DNA of 32,000 nt from Sedimentisphaera cyanobacteriorum (GTDB lineage: Bacteria > Planctomycetota > Phycisphaerae > Sedimentisphaerales > Sedimentisphaeraceae). Each line of letters begins with the position of its first letter. The first letter of the stretch is position 1. Positions 25,077-32,000 of this stretch are shown piece after piece. Made by a program: the position numbers and the translations under genes. The stretch lies in contig NZ_CP019633.1 of assembly GCF_001997385.1 (NCBI RefSeq), positions 990,001 through 1,022,000 on the forward strand, given 5' to 3'. The notes under the pieces are model-generated. The model saw only the letters and a list, made by a program, of their open reading frames with translations. It was not told the DNA's origin and made no database searches.

Positions 25077-25363
25077 TTGGCAATTTTGTGAGTGCTATTG
25101 AAGCGGCAGTAAATTCCTGCACCACTTAAGCAAGTATGCACAGTGAGCAAACTGCGGAAAAGATATCTTTATGTCTCGGCGCCTCACGCTTCAGCACTGC
25201 ACAAATAGAGTGTCTCGGGATAAGGCCGCACGAATTTGCAATTAGCCCTCACGGCTCGGGGAAACAGGAATGAAGTGGAGTACACACCTACTTACCAACG
25301 GGAATTTCTGTTGGAGCCACTTGAACAGGGAACCTATGCGAAGATACGGCAGAACTATTGAGA
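25077..25363 (+). pseudogene. decayed 5' fragment of a GH3 gene paralogous to 16589-19096
   Basis: Nucleotide homology to the first ~340 nt of the GH3 gene, including an identical 20-mer ATTTCTGTTGGAGCCACTTG (25304-25323 vs 16865-16884). TTGGCAATTTTGTG at 25077 parallels ATGGCAAATTTTAAG at 16589. Translation ..EKISLCLGASRFSTAQIECLGIRPHEFAISPHG.. parallels ..EKVSLCHGASHFTTSPIERLGVRPLEFADGPHG... There is an in-frame TGA at 25271-25273, a 1-nt deletion after 25323, and other indels. Homology ends near 25363. The core 25136-25363 is secure; the 25077-25135 extension is weaker. Confidence 0.7.
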
Positions 25364-25421
25364 AAGTGCCGAAAAGAAAGAGCCCTTTTACCTCTCTTCT
25401 TTTATTTTCGGAAAAATTACG

Positions 25422-28400
25422 TTATTCAGCTGTTATTTCAGAATAGGGATTACTGCTTTTCAGCCACTGCGAACAAAATGAACGCAAATTCTGGAGTGAA
25501 TAATCCCACTCTGAAATAAAGAGGGCGTAGTCCTCAATATCAACGAAGCAGTCCTGATTAAGATCTGAATCGTGATATCCCCAAGCCCCGCACTGATAAT
25601 GCAAAAACTCTGATGGCTTAAGGGCCTTGCTGGAGAATTTTATATCATCTATAAACCCGCTTACATGGTCAACTTGGGAGCCATCGAACCAGCCCCGGCC
25701 TACTGTCCAATTGTGCCCTGCTGCTGAGAGGGAATTGTCGCTGCCGGGATTTAAAGATAAAGTGCCTGCAAGCTGTGAGCCGTTTCCGTCGAGCTTATCT
25801 GCATAAAGCTTCAGGGTGCTGCCGTCTGAAACGGCTGCAATGCAGTACCATTTTCCTGCCTGAGCAGCAAAATCAGAATCCAACACATAGCGATGCCCGC
25901 CGGCGGTATCGAAGTTCACACGGAATTTGTTGTCGATGCCGTTTTTCTGTAGATAAAAATCAGACTCAGCCTCTCCATGGGATGAGCCGTCTTTGCCTAT
26001 AAAGGTCTGCCAGCCGCTGATACTGTCAAGCTTCACAGCGCACTCAACAGTCCACTGCTCAGGAGCCCAGTTGTTTATGCCTGCATTATTCGTGTAGGCG
26101 TCCTGACCGCCATTCAACCTGCAGCTGAGACCGAGCCCGCTGGGAGTCTGGCCTGTCTGTGAGAATGATGGGCCGTAAGTATCGTCCCAAGCATACAGTT
26201 CATAGCCGTTACCAGACAAATCGGCCGCGCAGGGCTGTCCGGTTTGGCCGGTATTATTCATTGCAGCTCCGGGAGTACCTCCATCGAAATTCCAATGCGC
26301 TGCAACATAAGTATCCAGCTCTACATCAGTTCTTACTGTTGCAAAATCTTTAGCTCCAGCTGAGTCTTCTACTGAAAAAATAAAATAATTCATTCCGGCA
26401 TTTGAACTTTCAGGACTGCCGGAAGCCTGGCCTTGAGAGTTAATGCTGAGCCATTGAGGGCCTGAAATCTTATGGAAAATCAGATTATCGCCGCTGTCGT
26501 TTTGCGAGACATAAGCTGAAAGGTCAAAAGAAAAATTCTCATCAACAAAACAGCTTCCCATATCAATTTCCTTAAGATTGAATTGAGGAGGGCTGTTGCT
26601 CATAAGTTTTTCAATTTCCACTGCTGAAAAAGCGGCATCTGAAATTATCACATCATCAAGGATGCCGGAAAAGAGAGGGTCTGCTGAGAAATTGCTCTTT
26701 CCGAGATAATTTTTCGAAGCAGAGATGTCCGAGGGATTCAATGTTATACTCTCACTGGCCTCAAGGCTGCCGTTGATGTAAAGCCTGCCGGTATCGTCAT
26801 CCAATACAACTGCAACATGCGTCCACTCATTTACAGGAAAAGCTCCTGATTCGAGTCTCTTTTCGCCGTTATATCCAGACTGGGTAATCGAGAAGCGCAT
26901 CTGACTGCTGTAGGTAGAAGGTGTTATAAACATATAATTATCTGTATTATTGCCGAAATCAAAAATCCTCTGCCACTTCTCACCTCCGTCCCAGTAAACC
27001 CATGCGGCAAAAGTGAAATCATCACTGCCGGCTATATTCTCCGGAAGAACGAGGTAATCATCTTTGCCGTCTAAAGCGAGGCAGTCTGCAAAACTTTCGG
27101 TTTCAAGGGCGGGCGCTCCGTAAACTAGCGGATTATTCCCTTCCCCGGAGCTGTCAAGAAAGCTGCCGCTGAAGTAATAGGCAGCTCGTGAAGGCTTCTG
27201 GAAATCAGGTGTCTGCTGCTGAAAGCCCACTTTCGATTTTCTGTTTTTGTAAACCTCGCCGGCAGGTGTGAGCGAGCCGTCATCCCTCTGAACCCTTCTC
27301 ACATCTTCCACCCAATTGTATATGGCGTATCTCTCCACCCATGGAGTGTTCTCCATCATATCAATCATAGCAGATATCGCATCTGCCTGCTGCTGGTATG
27401 TGGGGTCTGGGCAGTCTGTCCAGTTTGCGCCGTTATTCCATTCAGTTACCCATATCGGTCGTCCTGTCTGGTCGTGAATATTCTTCATGTAGTTGTACAT
27501 CTTCTCAGCAGCGCCCGCCGGGTCCTGCGGATTTCGACAGCGGTAGTAATGCACTGCCACAAAATCCACCCTGAGGTTTTCCGAGTCAGCCTGCTGCATA
27601 AAAGGCACAAGCCATGAATTCACTCCTCCATCTGTAACTGCAGGTGAACCAACTCGCAGACCGGTTGAGAGCAGATCAGGCCAAGACCATATCGCATCCC
27701 CCACTGCAATATCGCTCTGCGAAGAGCTGTCCGGTTCGTTATATCCGAGCAGATGCGAAGAGCCTCTGGATTGCCAGTCCTGCCCCAAGCCCGGCCACCA
27801 GCGGTTCTGCCGAATCGGTACATACTCCTTATCGAGCGTAGAAGTTTCGCTTATGTTCCAGTTGTAAGACCAACCAATATCCAAATTACTTCCAATTCCG
27901 CCTGCGATACCTTTTTTCGGCGTCCATCGCCATGGGAAGATTCGCGCAAAATTCACATTCCCGTCCAGCTCGGGCGGAAGAGAGCCTATAAGCAGATCGC
28001 AGTCTTGAGCAACGTAGTTTTTACTGAAGCCGCTGCCGTCTTCGTTCTGTGCTAATGTGACAGTGTAGCCTCTTTTGAGAATGAACGAACTTGCCTGAGA
28101 CGAAAGCTGCCCCAGAGAGCCTGAATTATAATTAACGTATTGGGCAAGCTCAGCAGACCTGCCGAGAAAGTTCTCCTCTGCGAAAAGCTCCAAAGGCTTG
28201 AACCCCTGAGAATGGGGTATTATAACAGCCCCTGATTCATACTGAACCACCCGCACATTTTCATTCAATACAGCATCCTCACCTGAAACTTTTATCTGAG
28301 AGAGGTAAGCTGAATCCGAGGCCTGCGAAGGCTTGATCCCTTCAAGAAAAACAAACGCGTCCTCCGAATTCAGATTAATTTGGCAGTTTGAAAGCACAGA

Positions 28401-30401
28401 CGAACCGCCTGTTAGATGGAGCTCTGAGAGGCAGGAGAGATTTACTGTTTCATCAGAAAGACTTGGAAAAGTGAGTATGTCGTTTTCAATAGTAATCTGA
28501 TCGGCCTGAGAAGCTGCATCAACAATCTGGATATTCGGCTTTGGAGGGTCTGTCATACCTTCGCCGAGATAATAATCCAGCTGATGAGACTGCATATAAC
28601 CCTTTACTGTCATACTGTTTCTGTACGCAGGATTGTGCGGGAGAGTGTATAGGCGTTTGTCTGTTTGGATATCTGTTGTAAAAATAACCAGCTCTGTGTA
28701 GTCTGGGTTTGTCATTATAGCCTCTTCACGCCAGTCGCCCCAAATATCACCATAAAACATTGGAGCTCCCCTGTAGCTGTGGGTTGCTCCGTGGTAATGC
28801 CAAGTAGTAACAATTCGAGACATCCAGCTGTTATTGCAGTCCCACTGTTCGATTTTGCCGTCATTGAAGTTCTCACTTAGAAGATCCCCATCCCACCAAA
28901 GCCTAAGGCATGGCCATGGCTGTTCTCCGGGAGATGTAATTTGCTGCCCGGTTGGCCCGTTCCAAACTCCGCTGAATGCCCACACCTCATAGCCCGGGCT
29001 GCGAGGGTCTATATCAGCCGCCTCCCCTCGGCCTACATCCCCCGGGGATTCGGAATGCTGCCATAAAATTTCTCCATTGCTCGGGTCGAAGTAGAAAAAC
29101 TGCAGACCGCTTGGATTGTCCTGCTGGACGGCATACCCGTTTAATCCGCTGGATGTCGGATCAAATTTGCCAATGTGAAATCTGTCTCCATGCACTACGC
29201 CCGAATCATGGAGGTCGTATAAAAGTGTACCGTCGCTTTCCAGTCCAAAACCGAGATGGAAAAATTCATCCTCACCATCCTGATCTGCATCCACTATCCG
29301 AATATTATGGCTGTCAGGACATACCCCGCCATAACCTCCATCAGGGCCTCTGAGCCATTTCCATTTTTGTTCAAGATTTTCGCCATCGAAATCCCAAGCG
29401 CAAACCATCATATTAAATTCACCGTCTCCAATGCGGTTTTTCATTGATGCAATAAGGCTGGGATTTATCCCGTCCAAATAACCAACGCCAAAATGGGCAG
29501 GCATCGGGCCGTCTGAGATGTAATCTGTTGGAATCTGTATGCGTGCCTCTTCTGAGCCCGTTTCTCCGTCGAGTATTGAAATGAACTGAAGATTATCATT
29601 AGAGGCTGATAAAGTTTCACCGTCCCCGAAAGTTACCCCGTTCGCAGTGCGCAGAGCAACTTCAGATTTGCCGTCACTATCCAAATCATAAACCGTAACT
29701 CCGTCCCAATGGCCTACATCAACAGCTGAAGAGCCCGGTTCAATATTATAGGTGTTTGTGCTGTTTGACCCTAAATCTGCGCTCCAGAGCAGCGTTCCAT
29801 CCTGCCTGTAAGCCTCAAGCTTCTGAGAGCGTCCTTCATTGTTGAGACGGTCAAGAACGAAATCGTATTCTCCGTCTCCATCGAGGTCTCCAACCCATAC
29901 AAAGTGAATTTTGTCGGTATTACCGCTGCTGAGCGGTACTACTATGCAAGGCTCCTCAAGAGCGCCCGATTCAATAGTGAATGGCTTGCTCTTCTGCTTT
30001 TCCTGCCCGTTTATTACAGTCTTAACATAATAGCTGTTGTCTTTCTGGGCATCAGCATCTGTATCAGTATAGCAGGTTGCGCCGGTTAGGACGGAAGAAT
30101 TCAGCTTAACTGCCTCGCTCCCGTCAGCCGAACGATAGATATTAAACCCGATATCGACAGGGTCAACACCCAAAAGGCGCCAGCTTATGAAAACACCGCC
30201 GCTTGTTCTTACTGCTGCTACTCCCCTGCCGAGATTCTCCATTTTGCGTTTTGGAGTAACAGAATGCTTTTCCGTGAAGCCAGATTTTTCTGTTTCCGCC
30301 TGAGCAATTCCTGCTGAACAGGCTGGCAGAAGGGGGATTCTGTGCATAACTGCCAGCGTAATCGCTGAAACGGCAAACAGCACAAAGAAAGCATACTTCA
30401 C
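25422..30401 (-). CDS. giant secreted multimodular polysaccharide-active protein: divergent PL11-like beta-propeller + beta-rich linker + GH clan-A 'Glyco_hydro_cc' (GH128-like) core + LamG + cadherin/Ig-like + LamG + dockerin-like repeat
   Basis: Start reassigned to GTG 30401, 8 nt downstream of GGAGG (30414-30410); the track start at 30416 is the TTG inside that RBS. The N-terminus is a hydrophobic signal with a possible lipobox-like LLPAC. Residue numbers follow the ORF track.
- aa ~59-625: YesW-like N-domain ENLGRGVAAVRTSGGVFISWRLLG plus propeller motifs VYDLDSDGKSE, YLDGINPS, GDIWGDWREE, VIFTT, RLYTLPHNPAYR.
- aa ~828-1058: WSYNW, LLGYNEPD, WVTEWN.
- aa ~1080-1272 and ~1370-1603: LamG/ConA-like (FTFAAWVYWDG...RIFDFG...WTHVAVV..LYINGSL; WTVECAVKLD...KWYCIAAVSDGSTLKLYAD).
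- aa ~1276-1365: Ig/cadherin-like.
- aa ~1615-1645: DLNQDCFVDIEDYALF. Confidence 0.85.
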   Translation of the reverse strand: MKYAFFVLFAVSAITLAVMHRIPLLPACSAGIAQAETEKSGFTEKHSVTPKRKMENLGRGVAAVRTSGGVFISWRLLGVDPVDIGFNIYRSADGSEAVKLNSSVLTGATCYTDTDADAQKDNSYYVKTVINGQEKQKSKPFTIESGALEEPCIVVPLSSGNTDKIHFVWVGDLDGDGEYDFVLDRLNNEGRSQKLEAYRQDGTLLWSADLGSNSTNTYNIEPGSSAVDVGHWDGVTVYDLDSDGKSEVALRTANGVTFGDGETLSASNDNLQFISILDGETGSEEARIQIPTDYISDGPMPAHFGVGYLDGINPSLIASMKNRIGDGEFNMMVCAWDFDGENLEQKWKWLRGPDGGYGGVCPDSHNIRIVDADQDGEDEFFHLGFGLESDGTLLYDLHDSGVVHGDRFHIGKFDPTSSGLNGYAVQQDNPSGLQFFYFDPSNGEILWQHSESPGDVGRGEAADIDPRSPGYEVWAFSGVWNGPTGQQITSPGEQPWPCLRLWWDGDLLSENFNDGKIEQWDCNNSWMSRIVTTWHYHGATHSYRGAPMFYGDIWGDWREEAIMTNPDYTELVIFTTDIQTDKRLYTLPHNPAYRNSMTVKGYMQSHQLDYYLGEGMTDPPKPNIQIVDAASQADQITIENDILTFPSLSDETVNLSCLSELHLTGGSSVLSNCQINLNSEDAFVFLEGIKPSQASDSAYLSQIKVSGEDAVLNENVRVVQYESGAVIIPHSQGFKPLELFAEENFLGRSAELAQYVNYNSGSLGQLSSQASSFILKRGYTVTLAQNEDGSGFSKNYVAQDCDLLIGSLPPELDGNVNFARIFPWRWTPKKGIAGGIGSNLDIGWSYNWNISETSTLDKEYVPIRQNRWWPGLGQDWQSRGSSHLLGYNEPDSSSQSDIAVGDAIWSWPDLLSTGLRVGSPAVTDGGVNSWLVPFMQQADSENLRVDFVAVHYYRCRNPQDPAGAAEKMYNYMKNIHDQTGRPIWVTEWNNGANWTDCPDPTYQQQADAISAMIDMMENTPWVERYAIYNWVEDVRRVQRDDGSLTPAGEVYKNRKSKVGFQQQTPDFQKPSRAAYYFSGSFLDSSGEGNNPLVYGAPALETESFADCLALDGKDDYLVLPENIAGSDDFTFAAWVYWDGGEKWQRIFDFGNNTDNYMFITPSTYSSQMRFSITQSGYNGEKRLESGAFPVNEWTHVAVVLDDDTGRLYINGSLEASESITLNPSDISASKNYLGKSNFSADPLFSGILDDVIISDAAFSAVEIEKLMSNSPPQFNLKEIDMGSCFVDENFSFDLSAYVSQNDSGDNLIFHKISGPQWLSINSQGQASGSPESSNAGMNYFIFSVEDSAGAKDFATVRTDVELDTYVAAHWNFDGGTPGAAMNNTGQTGQPCAADLSGNGYELYAWDDTYGPSFSQTGQTPSGLGLSCRLNGGQDAYTNNAGINNWAPEQWTVECAVKLDSISGWQTFIGKDGSSHGEAESDFYLQKNGIDNKFRVNFDTAGGHRYVLDSDFAAQAGKWYCIAAVSDGSTLKLYADKLDGNGSQLAGTLSLNPGSDNSLSAAGHNWTVGRGWFDGSQVDHVSGFIDDIKFSSKALKPSEFLHYQCGAWGYHDSDLNQDCFVDIEDYALFISEWDYSLQNLRSFCSQWLKSSNPYSEITAE

Positions 30402-30496
30402 AAGTTTTACCTCCAATTATTTATCGCTAATAACATTGCCTTTACGATCTTTAAGGCTCACAATTATTAAACCATTCCGCAATGAAAACCTTTGTT

Positions 30497-32000
30497 TCAG
30501 CTGGATAGTCCATTTTCCGTTTCAAGCCATTTTTCAATTAGAACGTTTAAGTCTAAAAGGTTTACAGCGCCGTCTCCGCCTGCAGGGGCAATATCAGCTT
30601 GAGGCTCTGCAAGATGCTTCATCCACTCACTGGATAACACAGCATAGTCTTTCAGCTCTATTCTGCCGTCTGGAAGAATATCAGCAGGATTGAATCTTGG
30701 AGTTATCAGCGATATATCCGGCTGCTCGGGAGGAGTCATCCCCAACCCTATATAAAAGCTTGGATGCGGGGGCTGATTGTAGCCGACATTCTGCCAAGCA
30801 ACAGCCAATCGGTACTGCGGATCGTGCATAAGTGTGTAAATACGATGAGTTGTCTTGTCTGTGGTAGTGAAGATCCTGAGCTTCTCGTTGTCGGAAGCAC
30901 GATAAATCATTTCCTCCCGCCAGTCTCCGAGGATATCTGCTGTAAGGCAGGGATTTGCCTTGGTGTAGTTGTTGGAGTTTGTACTGTATGAATCAGGAAT
31001 GCTGTAAATACTCATCAGCCTGTAAACGCTGTCAGCCTGACTGTCCCACTTATCCATAATCGGATTCATTCCCTGCCCGTCTGCTGCGTCGAGCATTTCG
31101 CGCTGCAGATCAGATGTCCACCATATTGCGAAATTCAAACTAGGCATAGAGCTGCTCATTTGAGACCCGTCAACGTTGTAAGTACCGCCGGCAGCAAAAG
31201 ACCAGAGCTGATAACCGATTTCCCGATTGTCTATATTGGCTGCAAGCGCCCTGCCTACATCGCCTGTATTGGGGTGTTCCCAGATAATCTCGCCCGTTTC
31301 AGCATCACGGTACGAAGCGCCTGAGGCGGATGTCTCATGGCACTGCCAAACTTCAAGCCCAGGGCGGTAAGGATCCATATCTGAAACATGCAGTGCGTCT
31401 CCATGGCCTAAGCCGGTGGAGTAAAGGCCGGTTCCGTCATCATCAATCGTGCAGGAACCGAAAATGATCTCATCTCTTTTATCGCTGTCAACATCTGCAA
31501 TGCTGAGGGTGTGGCAGCCTTGGCCTGCATATGCGGAATTGCCCGGGTCGTCGCTATCGAAAATCCATCTCAAAGACAGCTCGCCTCCGCGCCAGTCCCA
31601 AGCAGCCAAAACGGTTTTCTCGTAATAGCCTCGAGTCATAATAACGCTTGGCCTCTCCCCGTCCAGATAAGCCACTCCCGCAAGGAAACGGTCAACACGG
31701 TTGCCGTAAGAATCCCCCCAGTCTGAAACATTGCCTCTTGCAGGTTCGAAAGCCTCAGAAGCAAGGGCTGCTCCCGTCTGCCCGTCGAATACCGTGAGAT
31801 ATTCCGGGCCGGTTAGAATCCTGCCGGCAGAATTGCGGTAGTCCGCTGACGGATCTCCGATAGTGTTTCCCTGCCCGTCTTCTGCGCCGTCTGATGTTCT
31901 GCAAACCATTTCTGAATAGCCGTCGCAGTCTAAGTCGTACACCATAAACTGGGTATAATGGGCTCCTGCACGAATATTTCTGCCCAGATCTACCCTCCAC
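30497..32000 (-). CDS. rhamnogalacturonan lyase, polysaccharide lyase family 11 (YesW/YesX type) with C-terminal dockerin-like domain; 5' end beyond window
   Basis: The frame stays open upstream of the track ATG (31945) to the window edge (..WRVDLGRNIRAGAHYTQFMVYDLDCDG..). Canonical PL11 blocks: DYRNSAGRILTGPEYLTVFDG, WGDSYGNRVDRFLAGVAYLDGERPS, GHGDALHVSDMDP, GDWREEMIY, RIFTTT, RIYTLMHDPQYR. The last ~64 aa carry two Ca-loop-like repeats, DILPDGRIELKDYAVL and DIAPAGGDGAVNLLDLNVL. Confidence 0.88.
   Translation of the reverse strand, partial: WRVDLGRNIRAGAHYTQFMVYDLDCDGYSEMVCRTSDGAEDGQGNTIGDPSADYRNSAGRILTGPEYLTVFDGQTGAALASEAFEPARGNVSDWGDSYGNRVDRFLAGVAYLDGERPSVIMTRGYYEKTVLAAWDWRGGELSLRWIFDSDDPGNSAYAGQGCHTLSIADVDSDKRDEIIFGSCTIDDDGTGLYSTGLGHGDALHVSDMDPYRPGLEVWQCHETSASGASYRDAETGEIIWEHPNTGDVGRALAANIDNREIGYQLWSFAAGGTYNVDGSQMSSSMPSLNFAIWWTSDLQREMLDAADGQGMNPIMDKWDSQADSVYRLMSIYSIPDSYSTNSNNYTKANPCLTADILGDWREEMIYRASDNEKLRIFTTTDKTTHRIYTLMHDPQYRLAVAWQNVGYNQPPHPSFYIGLGMTPPEQPDISLITPRFNPADILPDGRIELKDYAVLSSEWMKHLAEPQADIAPAGGDGAVNLLDLNVLIEKWLETENGLSS

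Noticed and set aside
25037-25129. 30-codon ORF (MKNMFGLLDYIKPLGNFVSAIEAAVNSCTT) between the IS5 element and the GH3 relic
   Set aside because: It is too short, has no RBS, and partly overlaps sequence homologous to the GH3 signal-peptide region. It is probably a by-product of the decayed gene.
25369-25411. Imperfect long hairpin (CCGAAAA...TTTTCGG) just past the stop of the giant gene
   Set aside because: It has many internal mismatches and no U-tract on the minus strand, so I cannot support it as a terminator.
28976-29353. 125-aa + strand ORF (and several others at 25775-30089) inside the giant gene
   Set aside because: All are antisense to a continuous 5-kb ORF with multiple recognisable domains. 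These are shadow ORFs.
31755-32000. 81-aa minus-strand ORF in another frame at the window edge
   Set aside because: It has Arg-rich nonsense composition. The PL11 frame is open through the same region and carries conserved PL11 motifs (NIRAGAHYTQF).
1-32000. Scan for CRISPR arrays, tRNA/rRNA genes, tandem repeats and riboswitch-like leaders
   Set aside because: The non-coding gaps are short (at most ~480 bp), and none shows regularly spaced repeats or cloverleaf-like or other conserved RNA signatures that I can recognise by eye.

Overview
All calls come from reading the sequence and ORF track by eye (motif recognition, no searches run). The window looks like an accessory carbohydrate-utilisation region of a PVC-superphylum bacterium (Planctomycetota/Phycisphaerae-, Lentisphaerota- or Kiritimatiellota-like). 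That placement is inferred from a DUF1559-type pseudopilin, a Tat-exported sulfatase, paired ECF sigma/FecR genes, dockerin-tagged CAZymes, and purine-rich Shine-Dalgarno boxes before most starts.

Gene order, left to right:
- a 5'-partial helical-repeat ORF overlapping an OppD/OppF-type ATPase pair
- an intact IS4-family element with perfect inverted repeats and a 9-bp target duplication
- a Cys-type sulfatase
- a minus-strand operon recJ - HAD hydrolase - CYTH::DAGK-like kinase fusion, with overlapping stop/start codons
- an ECF sigma / FecR anti-sigma / second ECF sigma trio
- GH51 arabinofuranosidase, a pseudopilin, and a GH3 enzyme with a PA14 insert
- xylR and the divergent xylB-xylA pair
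- an IS5-type element inserted exactly at the xylA stop codon
- a decayed copy of the 5' end of the GH3 gene
- a ~1660-aa multimodular secreted protein (divergent PL11-like propeller + GH-A 'Glyco_hydro_cc' core + 2 LamG + cadherin-like + dockerin-like repeat)
- a canonical PL11 rhamnogalacturonan lyase running off the window edge

No rRNA, tRNA or CRISPR array was seen. Several first 'M' residues in the ORF track are TTG or GTG codons, so I moved those starts to better-supported ATG/GTG codons.

The items most worth follow-up are the CYTH-DAGK fusion and its phospho-enzyme operon, the giant lyase/hydrolase chimera, and the sigma/anti-sigma/sigma plus pseudopilin arrangement inside the CAZyme island.
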